From positions 38,449-102,448 of the forward strand of contig JAALKR010000001.1 of assembly GCA_011087955.1 (NCBI GenBank): 64,000 nt of DNA, in the 5' to 3' direction. Shown piece after piece: positions 30,969 through 40,036 of the stretch. Numbering within the stretch: the first letter of the stretch is position 1; each line of letters begins with the position of its first letter. The translations under genes and the position numbers were made by a program. Origin of the DNA: Oligoflexia bacterium. Lineage in GTDB: Bacteria > Bdellovibrionota > UBA1018 > CAIPTA01 > JAALKR01. The notes under the pieces are model-generated. The model was not told where the DNA came from. It did not search any database and saw nothing but the letters and a program-made list of their open reading frames with translations.

Positions 30969-31793
30969 GTGATTACCACTCGTCCTTTATTTTTATTCGC
31001 ACTCGCTTTTAAGCTACTGCTTCCATTTTCTACGGAAGCTGCGAAGGAGCAAACACTCATACATCTAACCGGTAAAATTTATGATCGTAAAAGTAATTTC
31101 TCCAAAGTCGTGTTTAAATTTGAAAAGCATGTCACCAAAAAAGCGAGCGGTGAGCTCGTTGCGAAATCAAAGTATTTTTCGATGGACGGTAAAACTGCCC
31201 TTGATGAAGTCGTTGAATATTCTCCAAACGACACATTGAAGCTTTTTCAGCGCAAGCAGAAGCAGATCAATCGCGATACCATGGCTAAGCGTGATGGTGA
31301 GAAAGTTCTTTTTGAAATGAAAGAAAAGCGCGCCAAAAACGATAAGCACGATAAAGATGACGAGGGCTGGGAAGATAATATGATTACCCCAGAGCAGCTT
31401 ACTCGCTATATCCATCGTCATTTTGATAAAATTCTTGCTGGAGAGACGATTAAAGTTCGCTTGATTGTTCCAAGCCGCACCGAAACGGTTGGCTTCCGTG
31501 TGTTCAAGGAAGAGGATAAGGAGTTTCAAGGCAAAGTTCGCACTCGTCTTCGAATGAACCCGACCTCTATCTTCATTCGTGCCTTAGTGGACCCGGTTGA
31601 CCTTTACTTTGAGAAAGAAAAATCCCGTCGTTTGCTAATGGTTGATGGTCGTTTGCCAGTAAAGACTTTTGATAGAGAAGGAAACTATCACGATTTCGTA
31701 GGCCAACTTGTACTTGAGTACCCGGATCAAAAAGACAAAGCTACAAAAGGCAAGAAAACTGCGACGGCTCCGACTCAGAAGAATGGCAATTAG
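30969..31793 (+). CDS. Hypothetical secreted protein
   Basis: GGAGG RBS, GTG start, signal peptide ending TEA, beta-rich body. Confidence 0.7.
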   Translation: MITTRPLFLFALAFKLLLPFSTEAAKEQTLIHLTGKIYDRKSNFSKVVFKFEKHVTKKASGELVAKSKYFSMDGKTALDEVVEYSPNDTLKLFQRKQKQINRDTMAKRDGEKVLFEMKEKRAKNDKHDKDDEGWEDNMITPEQLTRYIHRHFDKILAGETIKVRLIVPSRTETVGFRVFKEEDKEFQGKVRTRLRMNPTSIFIRALVDPVDLYFEKEKSRRLLMVDGRLPVKTFDREGNYHDFVGQLVLEYPDQKDKATKGKKTATAPTQKNGN

Positions 31794-31817
31794 AAGCTTT
31801 TTTATTCGACCATTTAT

Positions 31818-32387
31818 TTATTCAACCATTTTTTCAACTGTCAGCCGGAATCGATTAAAGCCAACAAGGCCGGCTGTATACATTATTTTCCGCAAGAGTT
31901 CGTATGGCACTTCTTTATCGGCTTGAATGATAATATCCCCAGACCATTTTTTCATGGCCGCTTCTGGCTTGTCCGTTCGAGAAGCTAAGATTTCAAAATC
32001 GTCTCGCTTCTTTTTTAAAGCATCAAATACTGGAAGTATGCTAAGTGCAGACCCGATTTCCGAACCGGGCAGTTGAAACTTTGAGCCACCTTCAGTGACA
32101 TTCCCATCCTGGTCATAGTCTATTAAAAATTCAAGTACTGGCTCAGCGTCCACATATATTTTGTCTTTTGCCACGATGACAACTAATCCTTCGCCCACTG
32201 CTTCCGGAGCAGTTGAAGTCGGAAGTTGTAAGCTATCTGTGTGAACAACGCCCATTGCGGAGATACCATAGGCCTTCAAAAGAAAGACTACGATAATCAT
32301 AAGAGCATCCATAAGTGAAGTTAGCTGCAAGCTAAACTGCTTCTTTAAGGTGTGCCTACTTTTTCTTCTACGTATTACTCGAGCCAC
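31818..32387 (-). CDS. ExbD/TolR-family protein
   Basis: LQLTSLMDALMIIVVFLL, IIIQADKEVPY. Confidence 0.85.
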   Translation of the reverse strand: MARVIRRRKSRHTLKKQFSLQLTSLMDALMIIVVFLLKAYGISAMGVVHTDSLQLPTSTAPEAVGEGLVVIVAKDKIYVDAEPVLEFLIDYDQDGNVTEGGSKFQLPGSEIGSALSILPVFDALKKKRDDFEILASRTDKPEAAMKKWSGDIIIQADKEVPYELLRKIMYTAGLVGFNRFRLTVEKMVE

Positions 32388-32390
32388 TTC

Positions 32391-32975
32391 CTATGCCCCA
32401 CCTAGTATATTGCCAAATACGACTTCAGGAAAAAGGTCCGTTACTATGCGATCCTCTTGGACGACACTTCCACTTTTATCACGAATCTCTTCCCCAAATT
32501 CATCTTTGACTGCTTCTTTTACATATAAAGAGGGATCGCCTTCTTCGATTCTACGGGAAGCGTCCATTACTTTAACGATATCCTCATACTCCATAGTCGG
32601 GCTTGGCATCAGCACGATTTGCTTTTCGTACGGATATTTACCCTTAATAGCGAGCAATGCATCATGCAACTTCACAAAGTCTTGATCATCACCAACTCGG
32701 TCAATATTCTGTTTGCGAATGCGGTTAAATGGGCTCGATAGCACAAATCGATCGAGTTCGATCTTTATGGTTAAAGATAGTGGTTTCTGCTTAATTTCTG
32801 GGGGGGTTGCAGAAACCACTGGCACCGGTGTATCAATCAAAGTAACTGAGAGTAACGATGTTGCTGCCAGCAGGAAAGCAATCAACGTTACAAAAGTATC
32901 GAGAATTGGGACAAGAAGAAGCTCAATGTCTTCTTTAGTTCTGGTGCGACGTTGACTCGATGGACGGCGAAGCAT
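32391..32975 (-). CDS. ExbD/TolR-family protein
   Basis: LLLVPILDTFVTLIAFLL, YEDIVKVMDA. Confidence 0.85.
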   Translation of the reverse strand: MLRRPSSQRRTRTKEDIELLLVPILDTFVTLIAFLLAATSLLSVTLIDTPVPVVSATPPEIKQKPLSLTIKIELDRFVLSSPFNRIRKQNIDRVGDDQDFVKLHDALLAIKGKYPYEKQIVLMPSPTMEYEDIVKVMDASRRIEEGDPSLYVKEAVKDEFGEEIRDKSGSVVQEDRIVTDLFPEVVFGNILGGA

Positions 32976-33001
32976 GCAGTACTCCCTGAGCGCACCTTAT
33001 A

Positions 33002-33658
33002 TTAAAGCACGTCTTCCGTTGAGTGCTTATAGTGACGTGCAGATAGTAGGTCGATTAATTTCACGCCAAATTCATCAATTTCCTCTACTAGGATCGAGGC
33101 CTTCCCGCTAAGGAAAGAATGAAAAATCATTGTTGAAATAGCTACGATAAGACCAAATGCCGTACAGTTAAGAGCCTCAGAAATACCAGCAGCAAGAATT
33201 TCCTGCCGTTCAGCCGCCTCCGCGTTGGCTACCGCCGCAAAGGAGTGGATAAGACCAGAAATTGTTCCTAATAGACCAAGTAGTGTTGCAAGGTTTGCAA
33301 TCAAGGCCATGTAGTGAAGACGTCTTTCTAATTTTGGAATTACTTCCAGTGATGCAGCGTCAACCGCATTCTGGATTTGCTGTTCATCGCGGGAGGCTCG
33401 CTGTAGACCGGCTTTAATCACTCGAGGAAGCATCGCAGACCCAGCACCATTGCAGATGCGAATCGCTCCGTCCACATCATTGGCCAGCACATGTTTTTGA
33501 ATTTCAAACATGAAGCTTGGACCATCGACCCCAGCCTGCGCGAGCTTAACGAACCGTTCTGCAGCGATAGCCAGGCCAATTAGACCTGACACAAGAATCG
33601 GATGCATGAAAACGCCACCAAGCTGATACTGAACAAGTAGCTCTTGAAAGAATTCCAT
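33002..33658 (-). CDS. MotA/TolQ/ExbB proton-channel protein
   Basis: ATLLGLLGTISGLI, GISEALNCTAFGL. Confidence 0.9.
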   Translation of the reverse strand: MEFFQELLVQYQLGGVFMHPILVSGLIGLAIAAERFVKLAQAGVDGPSFMFEIQKHVLANDVDGAIRICNGAGSAMLPRVIKAGLQRASRDEQQIQNAVDAASLEVIPKLERRLHYMALIANLATLLGLLGTISGLIHSFAAVANAEAAERQEILAAGISEALNCTAFGLIVAISTMIFHSFLSGKASILVEEIDEFGVKLIDLLSARHYKHSTEDVL

Positions 33659-33722
33659 CGTCTCCTCCCCTTCCTTGGGAATTAGCCAAATCGTAAAAAC
33701 GTACCGCTATTCGCCACAACAT

Positions 33723-34058
33723 CTAGCCGCAAATATCATCGAATGCTTCCTTAATGGTTTCACGTGGTTGATTGCCCACTAGCTGGTTCACCACTTCACC
33801 ATTTCTGAAAGCAATTAATGTCGGAATACCTCGCACATTATGTTGTTGCGGAGTTCCGGGACTTTCGTCCACATTTACTTCCACAACCTTTACCCGACCA
33901 TGATACTCCTGAGCTAGCTCACTTATAATTGGAGCTAAGGCTCTGCATGGCCCACACCACTCCGCCCAGAATTTGACGATAACTGGCCCTTCGTGCTTAA
34001 GAACATCGTCACCGAAAGAGCTGTCATTGGCTTTAAGGACAAAGTCTGAATTACTCAT
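33723..34058 (-). CDS. trxA: Thioredoxin
   Basis: WAEWCGPC, RGIPTL; start placed at MSNSD. Confidence 0.92.
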   Translation of the reverse strand: MSNSDFVLKANDSSFGDDVLKHEGPVIVKFWAEWCGPCRALAPIISELAQEYHGRVKVVEVNVDESPGTPQQHNVRGIPTLIAFRNGEVVNQLVGNQPRETIKEAFDDICG

Positions 34059-34195
34059 TGTTCCTTTTCCTCTTTCAATAATGCAGGAAAAATTTCCCTT
34101 TAAAAGCAAAACTATACTATATTCCCCAGTGTAAAACGATACTAAAGTGATAGGCAAACTTTTTTGCAGCGCCTGCAAATTTATGAGGATATTCC

Positions 34196-34810
34196 ATGAG
34201 TAATCCCAAGAGTTCAATCCAAAACGCCCTCGAAGAATCGAACCGAGTAAAAAGAGGCTTCTTTGAGAAGAACGAGGAAAGCATCGTCGAAGTCGCCCGA
34301 AAAATGGGGGGGGTTATAAAGGCCGGAAACAGGATTTTGATTTGCGGCAATGGTGGATCGGCTTCCGATTCACAGCACTTTGCTGGTGAAATGGTCGGTC
34401 GCCTTATGAAAGAGCGGCGAGCACTGCCCGCAATTGCACTCACAACGGACACGTCCGTATTGACCGCCGTGGGAAATGACTATGGCTATGACCAAGTATT
34501 TTCACGCCAGGTAGAAGGTATTGGAGCATCTGGCGACCTACTTTTCACTATATCTACCTCTGGAAATTCACCAAACATCTTGAGAGCAGCGGAGTCAGCA
34601 AAGGCAATGGGTATTACCGTAGTGGCGCTAACAGGGAAAGATGGTGGAAAGCTTGGCCGCATGGCTGATGTTCACCTGAATGCGGGGCTTGGAGTGACTT
34701 CCCCTCGAATTCAAGAGACCCATATCACTGCCATTCATGTGCTGGTGGATCTTCTTGACGAGTATTTTTTTTATCGCGGCACTGGACAAGCCCCACCCCC
34801 TTTGGGCTAA
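34196..34810 (+). CDS. gmhA: Phosphoheptose isomerase
   Basis: CGNGGSASDSQH, GNDYG, STSGNS, RIQETH. Confidence 0.95.
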   Translation: MSNPKSSIQNALEESNRVKRGFFEKNEESIVEVARKMGGVIKAGNRILICGNGGSASDSQHFAGEMVGRLMKERRALPAIALTTDTSVLTAVGNDYGYDQVFSRQVEGIGASGDLLFTISTSGNSPNILRAAESAKAMGITVVALTGKDGGKLGRMADVHLNAGLGVTSPRIQETHITAIHVLVDLLDEYFFYRGTGQAPPPLG

Positions 34811-34908
34811 AATACCCTTATCACTTTACGTTAAACACCGTGTAGGATGAATAGGCTAAACTTTTACAGCTAAACGAATTAGGCCAAACGAATAAGGAAC
34901 GTGAATTC

Positions 34909-35376
34909 GTGCAAGATGATATAGATCTGTCAAAAATACGCAAAGGAATGCGGCAAGCTTTGGGGAGCCCACTCTTTGTCAACCGCTTAGTGGGCAAAGC
35001 AATTGACCTTGTCATCGCAATTTTCCTTGCATCGGTTACATACCCAGCTGGGCCTCTAGCAGCCTTTTTGTATGTATTAATTTGCGATGGTCTGCGAAAT
35101 GGGCAAAGTATCGGTAAAAAAGTAGTAGGTATTTATGTCACCAACACGGAGTCGGAGAAACCAGCAAATTTTCGCGATTCAATTATTCGCAATTCACCCG
35201 TCGCGTTAATCGTATTGTTCTTGCTGATTCCGATTTGGGGATGGATACTATGGTTTGTTATTGGTCTTCCGGTGCTCGCAACGGAAATGTATCTTATGAA
35301 AAGCGTGGAGAGTCAGAAACGCTTGGGGGATACTATGGCCGATACACAGGTTTTGGAGTTGGAAATTAATAATTAA
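34909..35376 (+). CDS. RDD-family membrane protein
   Basis: RLVGKAID, GQSIGKK, RLGDTMADT. Confidence 0.85.
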   Translation: MQDDIDLSKIRKGMRQALGSPLFVNRLVGKAIDLVIAIFLASVTYPAGPLAAFLYVLICDGLRNGQSIGKKVVGIYVTNTESEKPANFRDSIIRNSPVALIVLFLLIPIWGWILWFVIGLPVLATEMYLMKSVESQKRLGDTMADTQVLELEINN

Positions 35377-35411
35377 CGGTCAATGTAGCTTCAAGGAAGG
35401 GGCGCTAGTCG

Positions 35412-35786
35412 ATGAGCAATGCAAAGTCAGGACCATGGAACGCAGAAACAATCCGTCAGTCTCGTAAGACACGTAGTCTTACACAGGCTGAATTAGCGGA
35501 AGCTTTGGGATGTCGTCAACAGACAATCTCTGAGTGGGAGCTCGGTATGTATGAACCCAAAAATGCATACCAAAAGCTATTATCGCTTTTTTTCGGGTCA
35601 ACACCGGTTGTACAGGAAGAAATACCAGTGAATATAGGTTGGCACGAGGCACCACAAGCACATACACAGACTGCAACGGACAATACAACAACGGATAACA
35701 CCGAAACAGCGAGTCAAACCGATGTCACAACTGAGGGCATTTTGCCTCATAACAGGCCACGTCTGTTTGAGGCAGGAAAGAACTAG
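35412..35786 (+). CDS. XRE-family HTH regulator with Thr-rich low-complexity tail
   Basis: LTQAELAEALGCRQQTISEWELG. Confidence 0.85.
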   Translation: MSNAKSGPWNAETIRQSRKTRSLTQAELAEALGCRQQTISEWELGMYEPKNAYQKLLSLFFGSTPVVQEEIPVNIGWHEAPQAHTQTATDNTTTDNTETASQTDVTTEGILPHNRPRLFEAGKN

Positions 35787-35821
35787 TTCTTAGGCGCGCT
35801 TTATATTAGTTTCCGTACATT

Positions 35822-38545
35822 ATGGAAATTAAGCGCAAGCCTTTACTTTGTGTAGTCGACGCGAGCTCATTTATCTTCCGTGCTTATTATGCTGTCAAGC
35901 ATTTGAGCAATAAAGAAGGCCTCCCCACCAATGCGATCTTTGGCTTTGCTAATATGATCGTAAAGGTGCTGGAGGACCTTTCTCCAAGTCACATCGCAAT
36001 CGTCTATGACACAAAATATCCCTCCTTTCGAAAAAAAAAATTCCCAGAGTATAAAGCTAATCGCACCGAAATGCCGGACGACCTCATTCCGCAGATGCCT
36101 TATATTAAAAATTTCGTTGAAGCCCTGGGATTGCCTCACTTTGAGAAAAAGGGGTTTGAAGCGGACGATATCATTGCCGCACTCGCAGAATTCTCACTCG
36201 ATAAAAAGCATGACGTCTGTATTATCTCGAGCGACAAGGATCTGATGCAACTTGTGAACAACCACATCTGGATGCTCGACACGATGAAAAATAAAAAAAT
36301 CGATGAAAAGGGTGTCATAGCCAAGATGGGTGTTCGACCAGATCAAATCGCAGACTACTTGGGGCTTGTTGGTGATTCTTCAGACAATATTCCGGGAGTG
36401 AAAGGAATCGGCCCAAAGTCAGCTGTGGGGCTGCTCGAGAAATTTGAGACGATTGAAGGTGTTTACGAGAATATTAATATGCTTAAGAAGAATAAGCAGC
36501 GTGAGAATCTAGAGAGCTTCAAAGACTCAGCCTTTCTTTCCCGAGACCTGGCCACGGTTGAACGCAACGTGGGAATTGAGTTTGCCTGGGGCGCACTTGA
36601 GTGCAACCCGGTATACGGCACAAAGCTATATGCGTTACTGGAAAAATTGGAGTTCCAGAGCCTTGGCAAGAGTTTGATGCAATGGACAAAAAACACGTCC
36701 CTTCCCTCTGGTGCTACCTTGACTACGGACGCGAGAACTGCAAAGTATGTTGCAATCACCGATGTAAAGGAATTAAAGCTAGCCTTTAGGAAATTAGATA
36801 AAGCAAAGGTGGTTGCCCTCGATACAGAGACAACGGGGTTATCGCACCACGCTTCGCTGATTGGCTTTTCACTCTGTGGAGGTGAGTCGGAAGCCTATTA
36901 TGTGCCTGTTGCACACACTGTTTTTGAGGAGCAAATAAACGTGGCAACAGCTCTAAAGGAACTTAGTGGTTTTTTAAAGAAACGGCAAGTCGTTGGTCAG
37001 AATATCAAATATGATTTGAATATTTTGCGGCGAACAGGACTTGAATTGAGTTCGGATCAGATTGCCTTTGATACGATGGTTGCCTCCTATGTCTTAGACC
37101 CAAGCTCGCGCCATGGCTTAGATGCGATGGCATCGAAATATTTTAACCATGAAACAATTAAATATGAGGATGTCTGCGGCAAAGGTAAAGAGCAAATCAC
37201 ATTTGCGGAGGTCGAGCTAGAGCTGGCAACAAACTATGCTGCTGAAGACGCTTGGGTCACTTGGCGCCTCTATAAAAAGCTACATCCAGAGATTGAAAAA
37301 GAAGCCAAGCTCAAAAAAATTTATTACGAAATCGAGATGCCACTGCTGACTGTGCTAGCCGATATGGAGTATATCGGTATAGCAATCGATAAGCCACTTT
37401 TGAAGGGCATGTCGAAAGAATTCGAAAGAGAATTGAATCGCCTGCAGAGACAAGCTTTTAAGCTTGCAGGGAGTGAATTTAATTTGGCGAGCCCAAAGCA
37501 ACTACAAAAAATATTGTTTGAAGACCTTGGATTGCCGGCGTTCAAAAAAACAAAGACGGGCTTTTCAACAAACTCAGAAGTACTTTCTAAGCTAGCCATT
37601 CAACACGAGCTTCCGGCTGTTATTCTTGAATATCGTGAAATTTCAAAACTTAAGAGCACCTATGTCGATGTAATTCCAGAGCTTACGAATGGTTCGGATC
37701 GAGTGCATACGAGCTTTAATCAGACTGTCGCTGCAACGGGGCGTTTATCATCTTCAGATCCGAATTTGCAAAATATCCCAATTCGGACAGAGATGGGGAA
37801 AAAAATTCGAGAAGCTTTTGTTGCAAAACAAGGAACCATATTGCTAGGCGCAGATTATTCGCAAATTGAGTTGCGCATTTTGGCTGCCCTATCTGGAGAC
37901 ACCGCTCTTCAAACGGCTTTTAAGAACGGAGACGATATTCATACGCTAACAGCGTCGAAAATTTTTGAAATTTCTGAAGAGGACGTAACGCCGGAGTTGC
38001 GTCGACAAGCGAAGGCTGTAAACTTCGGATTGTTATATGGCAAGACAGCATTTTCACTGGCTGAAGACCTAGGAATCACCCGCAAAGAAGCGGCAGAAAT
38101 TATTGAAAATTATTTCAGACAATATCCGACAATTAAAAAATTTTTGGGTGGACTAGCAGAGCAAGCCCGTGGAAAAGGCTTTGCAGAAACACTTTATGGT
38201 CGACGAAGAATTATCGATGGAATCAATGCCAAGAACAAAATCGTTCGCAATATGGCCGAGCGAATGGCTATCAATACGCCGATTCAAGGTACGGCGGCTG
38301 ATCTAATTAAAGTGGCAATGAATAATTTAAATTCTGCTCTGGTGCAAAAAAAATTAAAGTCAAAGATTCTCTTACAAGTCCACGATGAACTAATATTAGA
38401 AGTACCAAAAAATGAGATTGATATGGTGATGGGCGTGGTGAAGAATTCAATGGAGGGTGTGGGCGCACTCAGATCGTTTCCAAAGATCGATGTCCCACTC
38501 ACTGTTGAAATTGGCACAGGGCAAAATTGGTTGGAATTGAAGTAA
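35822..38545 (+). CDS. polA: DNA polymerase I
   Basis: 5'-3' exonuclease (EADD, GDSSDNIPG), 3'-5' exonuclease (DTETT), DYSQIELR, QVHDEL. Confidence 0.98.
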   Translation: MEIKRKPLLCVVDASSFIFRAYYAVKHLSNKEGLPTNAIFGFANMIVKVLEDLSPSHIAIVYDTKYPSFRKKKFPEYKANRTEMPDDLIPQMPYIKNFVEALGLPHFEKKGFEADDIIAALAEFSLDKKHDVCIISSDKDLMQLVNNHIWMLDTMKNKKIDEKGVIAKMGVRPDQIADYLGLVGDSSDNIPGVKGIGPKSAVGLLEKFETIEGVYENINMLKKNKQRENLESFKDSAFLSRDLATVERNVGIEFAWGALECNPVYGTKLYALLEKLEFQSLGKSLMQWTKNTSLPSGATLTTDARTAKYVAITDVKELKLAFRKLDKAKVVALDTETTGLSHHASLIGFSLCGGESEAYYVPVAHTVFEEQINVATALKELSGFLKKRQVVGQNIKYDLNILRRTGLELSSDQIAFDTMVASYVLDPSSRHGLDAMASKYFNHETIKYEDVCGKGKEQITFAEVELELATNYAAEDAWVTWRLYKKLHPEIEKEAKLKKIYYEIEMPLLTVLADMEYIGIAIDKPLLKGMSKEFERELNRLQRQAFKLAGSEFNLASPKQLQKILFEDLGLPAFKKTKTGFSTNSEVLSKLAIQHELPAVILEYREISKLKSTYVDVIPELTNGSDRVHTSFNQTVAATGRLSSSDPNLQNIPIRTEMGKKIREAFVAKQGTILLGADYSQIELRILAALSGDTALQTAFKNGDDIHTLTASKIFEISEEDVTPELRRQAKAVNFGLLYGKTAFSLAEDLGITRKEAAEIIENYFRQYPTIKKFLGGLAEQARGKGFAETLYGRRRIIDGINAKNKIVRNMAERMAINTPIQGTAADLIKVAMNNLNSALVQKKLKSKILLQVHDELILEVPKNEIDMVMGVVKNSMEGVGALRSFPKIDVPLTVEIGTGQNWLELK

Positions 38546-38670
38546 TTTGTTTTTGAGCCTCTTATGGTCTACACTTCCACTTGCCGACGAAAGACGCCAA
38601 CAAAAAACTTTAAATTTTTGTTCTGCTCTGCAAGAGAAGTCTTTGAGGGGAATCTACTAGGAGGAACTTT

Positions 38671-39150
38671 ATGAAGAGTAGTAAAGCGATAATTGATGAG
38701 CTGAATAAAATTCTTACTAACGAGCTCACCGCCATTAACCAATACTTCCTCCACGCTCGTATGTGTCAAGATTGGGGTTATAAGAACCTAGGCGACAAGA
38801 TTTATCATGAGTCGATTGATGAAATGAAGCATGCTCAAAAATTAATCGACCGAATTTTGTTCTTGGAGGGTATTCCCAATGTGCAAAAGCTGCATGCAAT
38901 GTCGATCGGTCAAAATGTCCCAGAGATTCTGAAGTCCGATTTAGACTTTGAGTATAAGGCAATTCCAGATTTGAAGGCAGCAATCAAAGTTTGTTTCGAT
39001 ATGGAGGATCACGTTTCCCGTGAAATGCTTGAGCATATCCTCGTGTCTGAAGAAGAGCATATCGATTGGCTCGAGTCCCAGCTACATATGATCAAAGAAG
39101 TGGGCAAAGAAAATTACCTAGCTGAGCAAATGCATAAAGGTGGAAATTAA
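38671..39150 (+). CDS. bfr: Bacterioferritin
   Basis: ELTAINQYFLH, ESIDEMKHA, EEEHIDWLE. Confidence 0.96.
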   Translation: MKSSKAIIDELNKILTNELTAINQYFLHARMCQDWGYKNLGDKIYHESIDEMKHAQKLIDRILFLEGIPNVQKLHAMSIGQNVPEILKSDLDFEYKAIPDLKAAIKVCFDMEDHVSREMLEHILVSEEEHIDWLESQLHMIKEVGKENYLAEQMHKGGN

Positions 39151-39246
39151 GCCTTCTCCTTTCTATCTTATTCTTTCCTGCCCTACTTTGGGCGGACGAC
39201 TAATGGGAGCTCAAGTCTATGGTGTGATTACCAATCAATCTTCTTA

Positions 39247-39275
39247 TTGACATTTTTATATGACTAAAATAATCT
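39247..39275 (+). promoter_or_regulatory. Sigma-70-like promoter with no intact gene immediately downstream
   Basis: TTGACA-17 bp-TAATCT. Confidence 0.4.
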
Positions 39276-39314
39276 TATATTAAGGGTGCTCTTAGTTTTT
39301 CTAAGTATCTTTAG

Positions 39315-39548
39315 GGCATTCCAGTTGGAGGCGATTATGACTGGGAATGCTCGCTTATGCAAATTGTCGACACCTCTAATAAAAACCTTATCACTCCCGA
39401 TCTCGGCGAGGTGCCAGCCAAGTATAACGACTGCGGCGCTAAAGCGAAGACCGAACTCGAAAGCAGAGGCTGGACTGTGGACGACGCAGGGCCAGAGGCC
39501 GGAGCCGATGCAGCTAGGTGCGCCAATTGGAGTCCTAGTCCTCCTTGA
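39315..39548 (+). pseudogene. 3' remnant resembling the C-terminal cap of a BspA/DUF285-type surface protein
   Basis: DYD...AKYNDCGAKAKTELESRGWTVDDAG resembles the KY...A.A...L...GWTITDGG cap; no repeats or signal peptide. Confidence 0.45.
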
Positions 39549-39587
39549 TGAGGTGGGTTTGTTGGCGTAGCTGAAGAGCGGTTCCGT

Positions 39588-39750
39588 TTATGTCGGCGAT
39601 TTATAGGCCAAGCCACCCCAGGTAAAGCCAGCACCAAAAGCCAAGAATAGTAACGTAGCCTTGGGTGGAACAAGCCCCATCTCCTTTGCCTCGTCTAGAG
39701 CTAAGGGGATTGAGGCTGCCGTGGTATTGCCATATCTCTCAATGCTGAGG
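39588..39750 (-). pseudogene. 3' remnant of a fabH paralog
   Basis: [20 protein letters not shown]...[11 protein letters not shown] then stop; only about 53 codons, catalytic Cys and His regions absent. Confidence 0.85.
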
Positions 39751-39779
39751 TTGACAATGATTCTCAATTTCAGTACACT
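39751..39779 (+). promoter_or_regulatory. Sigma-70 promoter of bfd overlapped by a Fur-like box
   Basis: TTGACA-17 bp-TACACT; GACAATGATTCTCAATTTC (39753-39771) matches GATAATGATAATCATTATC at 14/19. Confidence 0.7.
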
Positions 39780-39785
39780 AGAAGT

Positions 39786-39971
39786 GTGTATGTTTGCATC
39801 TGCAAGGCTGTAACCGAGGATGAAGTCGAAGAGGTTGTCAAATCTGGCACTCATGACTTCGAAGAGGTACGTGTACGCTCGAAAGCCTGTACGGACTGCG
39901 GTACCTGCCGCTTCAAATTACAGCGCTTGATTACAGAGAAAATTTCCCAAAAAAAGGGGCGCAACACTTGA
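39786..39971 (+). CDS. bfd: Bacterioferritin-associated [2Fe-2S] ferredoxin
   Basis: MYVCICKAV...CTDCGTC; close to bfr. Confidence 0.9.
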   Translation: MYVCICKAVTEDEVEEVVKSGTHDFEEVRVRSKACTDCGTCRFKLQRLITEKISQKKGRNT

Positions 39972-40036
39972 GGAAATCTTAAGAGAATAGTGAGAAGGAA
40001 TCACTTTTCGTGCATTACGTCAAAATTCAAGGGCAG

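Noticed and set aside
39751..39854. 88-aa ORF as an intact mini-FabH
   Set aside because: Its 5' part is antisense bfd and promoter sequence; FabH similarity covers only the 3' part and lacks the catalytic Cys and His
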